Program-made: the position numbers and the translations under genes
Shown: in pieces, positions 61,572-64,000 of the stretch
How positions within the stretch are numbered: position 1 is the stretch's first letter
Layout of the letters: the number at the start of each line of letters is the position of its first letter
Source of the DNA: Lingula anatina
Taxonomy: Eukaryota > Animalia > Brachiopoda
Assembly: GCA_051362555.1 (NCBI GenBank)
Contig: CM120640.1
Location: 69,852,788-69,916,787, forward strand
Length of the DNA: 64,000 bases
Reading direction: 5' to 3'
The notes under the pieces: model-generated
Seen by the model: the letters and a program-made list of their open reading frames with translations, nothing else
Told to the model about the DNA's origin: nothing
Databases searched by the model: none

Positions 61572-64000
61572 ATGACAAGAGTTGTGCCGACAATTCATAT
61601 ACTTTTGCATGTGACAGAGACAGCACTGCAGCTGAGTGCGGCAGGGTACTACTGGCTGCTTACACCATGGTGCACAGCTATCCTGTGTTTGATCTTCATC
61701 CCCGTTCTCCTGGTCAACCTGCTCTCTCTGCTCTGGGTGTTCAGGACCATGGAGTTCGGGGACAAACAGTGCGGACGGACACTGTGTGCACTGTTACATG
61801 TCCTACAACTAGGAACACTATGGAGATACTTCAAATTACTCGTGGTGTTTGAAAAGGCGGACTGTGAGGAGTTTGTTCTTCTCCGCCTGGTGCAGGTGAC
61901 CCTCCAGAATGCCCCATATCTCATAATACAGGGCTATTTGATTCTGGAGCAAGACTTCAATGACGTGCCAAATTTCCTTTTTGCAAGTGCAATCGTGTCT
62001 CTTCTCTCTCTTGCCTTCAGTATGGTGCTATACCATGAGACAGATGACACTGATGAACAGAATTCAAAGAAAGTTAACCAGAATGCAAAAACCAGTCTGT
62101 GTTTCAAAGTTTTTGTCCTCCATGTTCAAGGACTATGGCACTTGCTTTGCCTCATGTCAAGGTTTATGGCTATTATACTTTTCACAACAGCTTTGCGATT
62201 CTGGACACTTTTATTTCTCGCAACTCACTGGCTGTGTCTGCTGATTTGGATCGAGATTCAGCAGGTGATTTCCATCAAAGCCAAGCCAAAGAAATGGAAA
62301 GAGAGGACTTGGGACTGGTTTTTAGCATGCGTTCAGATTTATGATCTTCTGGACGCAAAAGACTGGAGAAAATATTACAAGTTTGGTGCATTTTATCTCA
62401 CAATTCTGGTGGAAAATATTCTAATGGTCACTATATGGTACACAGATGAAAGCAACCAGAAGGCATACAAAGTGACTGCCCTCACGCTCATGTTTGTGTT
62501 TTACATAACTGGAGTCTTATTTATGATATTCAATTATAAATTCTTCTGGCGCAATGGGCAGCCATTCAATGCATGCAAAGCCTGTTGTCCATGGAAAAGC
62601 AAAACAGCTGAATTGAAGAATATTGAGATTATAACTGATGAAATGCACTGGGATGCTTATGATGTGGATATACAAAGAAATACCCACTGTTTTGAGAATC
62701 TTGCCTTTGAAATGCAGGCACAACAGCTTAAACTTCCAGGGTGTGCTGATGAGAATGAAGCACATCTGACAAATACCAATAACCCTGCAAAATCTTTACT
62801 CCAAATGCCTCAGACAGCTCAGTTTCCACTCCAGAGTCATACAGTGGAAGTAAAACCACTTCGCAAACTCCCGCCAGTCCCAAGTGCTGACAGTGTCAGT
62901 CAAGTCAAACAATACACAAGGCATCAAACAATAAAACCCGACTTACTGGAAAAGGATAGTATCCCCCAGAGCAAGGATTTGCCAGCTGTGGGGGGTGGTG
63001 TGGGAGAACAGAAAACCCGATATGCTGAACTTTCCATCAGTACAGAGCAGGGGTCATCAAATAGTCGTAATACACACACGTTAGAACTCAGTGCTCAAAG
63101 TGTATCCATGGCAACGGACCCAAAGAACAACACGGAAGAAAACACTAGGGTTGACTTACCTAAAAGTAAACAGTTATCGACTCTTCCAACTTCTCAGGTG
63201 ACTTTTGATGTTAACACTAAGCCACTGAGTAATAAAAAACAACCATGGATGTATGACTTTGAGGCAATGTTATCTGAGTCCACATCTTTTCTCAGTGAGC
63301 GTGATGGACACTATAGTATACACTGTGAGACATGCGGAGAGACCCTGACAGAGACATCCAGTGATGTCACCTCAACAGATACCTACCTCAGTGAATTCAG
63401 TGGATTTAACTGGCCAACCCATGATATGGTGGGCAGTGGACCCATAGTGGAAAATATGACTGACCCTCCTGACGAGGACAGTAAAATGTCCCCCTTTGAC
63501 ACCATTCAGCATTGGCTAGAGGCCACCTCACGTTTCCAGAAGAAACAAAAACACCGTGTGGAGGGGCGGAGGGCAGAGAGACTGGCGCATCTTCATCATA
63601 TGGACAATGTGAGGATGTCCACCATGCCAGTTACTGGGCATGGTCATCACCACTACCAGCACCAACACAATCACACAGACTTCTCAACTGATGCAGTGAA
63701 ATTCTCCACTATGATAACTCAGCCAAAGACAGGGGGAGAGGCTGTGGACTTGTCTCAGAAACACAAAGGGAGCCAAGAGCCGTACGTGCACAGATGTCCT
63801 CGTATCCGCTACCACAGCCCTCCAAGCACCATTACACAGTCAACTGCCTCAAGACATAAAAAGCCAAAGCTGAAATCTAAAACCAAAACTACACATAAGA
63901 TACCTCCATCAACCCCAGTCTCTGCAATCACCCAGCTAGACGTAGGGCTGACTGCTACTAGTGCCAAACAAACTTCACAAAAACCATCTTACAGGTCTCC
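61572..64000 (+). CDS. XK-related (XKR family) multi-pass membrane protein with long C-terminal tail, 3' truncated by window
   Basis: Uninterrupted ORF of at least 809 codons from ATG 61572 (in-frame stop at 61494). XK-family motifs LHVLQLGTLWRY, LRLVQVTLQNAPYLIIQGY, SLLSLAFSMVLY, LWHLLCLMSRFMAIILF, THWL, VENILMVTIWY, followed by more than 480 aa of Ser/Thr/His/Lys-rich tail. Possible exon acceptor TTTTCTAG at 61326. Confidence 0.85.
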   Translation, partial: MTRVVPTIHILLHVTETALQLSAAGYYWLLTPWCTAILCLIFIPVLLVNLLSLLWVFRTMEFGDKQCGRTLCALLHVLQLGTLWRYFKLLVVFEKADCEEFVLLRLVQVTLQNAPYLIIQGYLILEQDFNDVPNFLFASAIVSLLSLAFSMVLYHETDDTDEQNSKKVNQNAKTSLCFKVFVLHVQGLWHLLCLMSRFMAIILFTTALRFWTLLFLATHWLCLLIWIEIQQVISIKAKPKKWKERTWDWFLACVQIYDLLDAKDWRKYYKFGAFYLTILVENILMVTIWYTDESNQKAYKVTALTLMFVFYITGVLFMIFNYKFFWRNGQPFNACKACCPWKSKTAELKNIEIITDEMHWDAYDVDIQRNTHCFENLAFEMQAQQLKLPGCADENEAHLTNTNNPAKSLLQMPQTAQFPLQSHTVEVKPLRKLPPVPSADSVSQVKQYTRHQTIKPDLLEKDSIPQSKDLPAVGGGVGEQKTRYAELSISTEQGSSNSRNTHTLELSAQSVSMATDPKNNTEENTRVDLPKSKQLSTLPTSQVTFDVNTKPLSNKKQPWMYDFEAMLSESTSFLSERDGHYSIHCETCGETLTETSSDVTSTDTYLSEFSGFNWPTHDMVGSGPIVENMTDPPDEDSKMSPFDTIQHWLEATSRFQKKQKHRVEGRRAERLAHLHHMDNVRMSTMPVTGHGHHHYQHQHNHTDFSTDAVKFSTMITQPKTGGEAVDLSQKHKGSQEPYVHRCPRIRYHSPPSTITQSTASRHKKPKLKSKTKTTHKIPPSTPVSAITQLDVGLTATSAKQTSQKPSYRS

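Noticed and set aside
61649-62765. Short ORF-track entries suggesting a fragmented gene
   Set aside because: They are alternative frames of the single uninterrupted XKR ORF starting at 61572.

Overview
AT-rich animal genomic DNA. The repeat families resemble those of bivalve molluscs such as oysters (inference). Three + strand genes: (1) the 3' part of an Erbin/LRRC7-like LAP gene ending in a PDZ domain (<1-4575); (2) a complete 36-exon Rho-associated kinase (ROCK) gene (CDS 7942-45677, about 1387 aa, exon phases checked by hand); (3) a divergent XK-related (XKR) membrane protein ORF from 61572 running off the window end, absent from the supplied ORF track. Introns hold many non-autonomous DNA transposons, including an 8.8-kb nested complex in ROCK intron 9: a TA-TSD element containing two satellite-bearing Helentron/HINE-like elements, one of which holds a MITE. 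Most notable: a fully palindromic 467-bp MITE inside Erbin coding sequence whose terminal repeats supply a GT donor and a CAG acceptor that restore the frame (introner-like); candidate RBFOX-flanked microexons in ROCK; an RFX X-box promoter just past ROCK; and a five-exon decayed gene on the minus strand at 54.3-57.2 kb. All calls come from manual reading, with no database searches.
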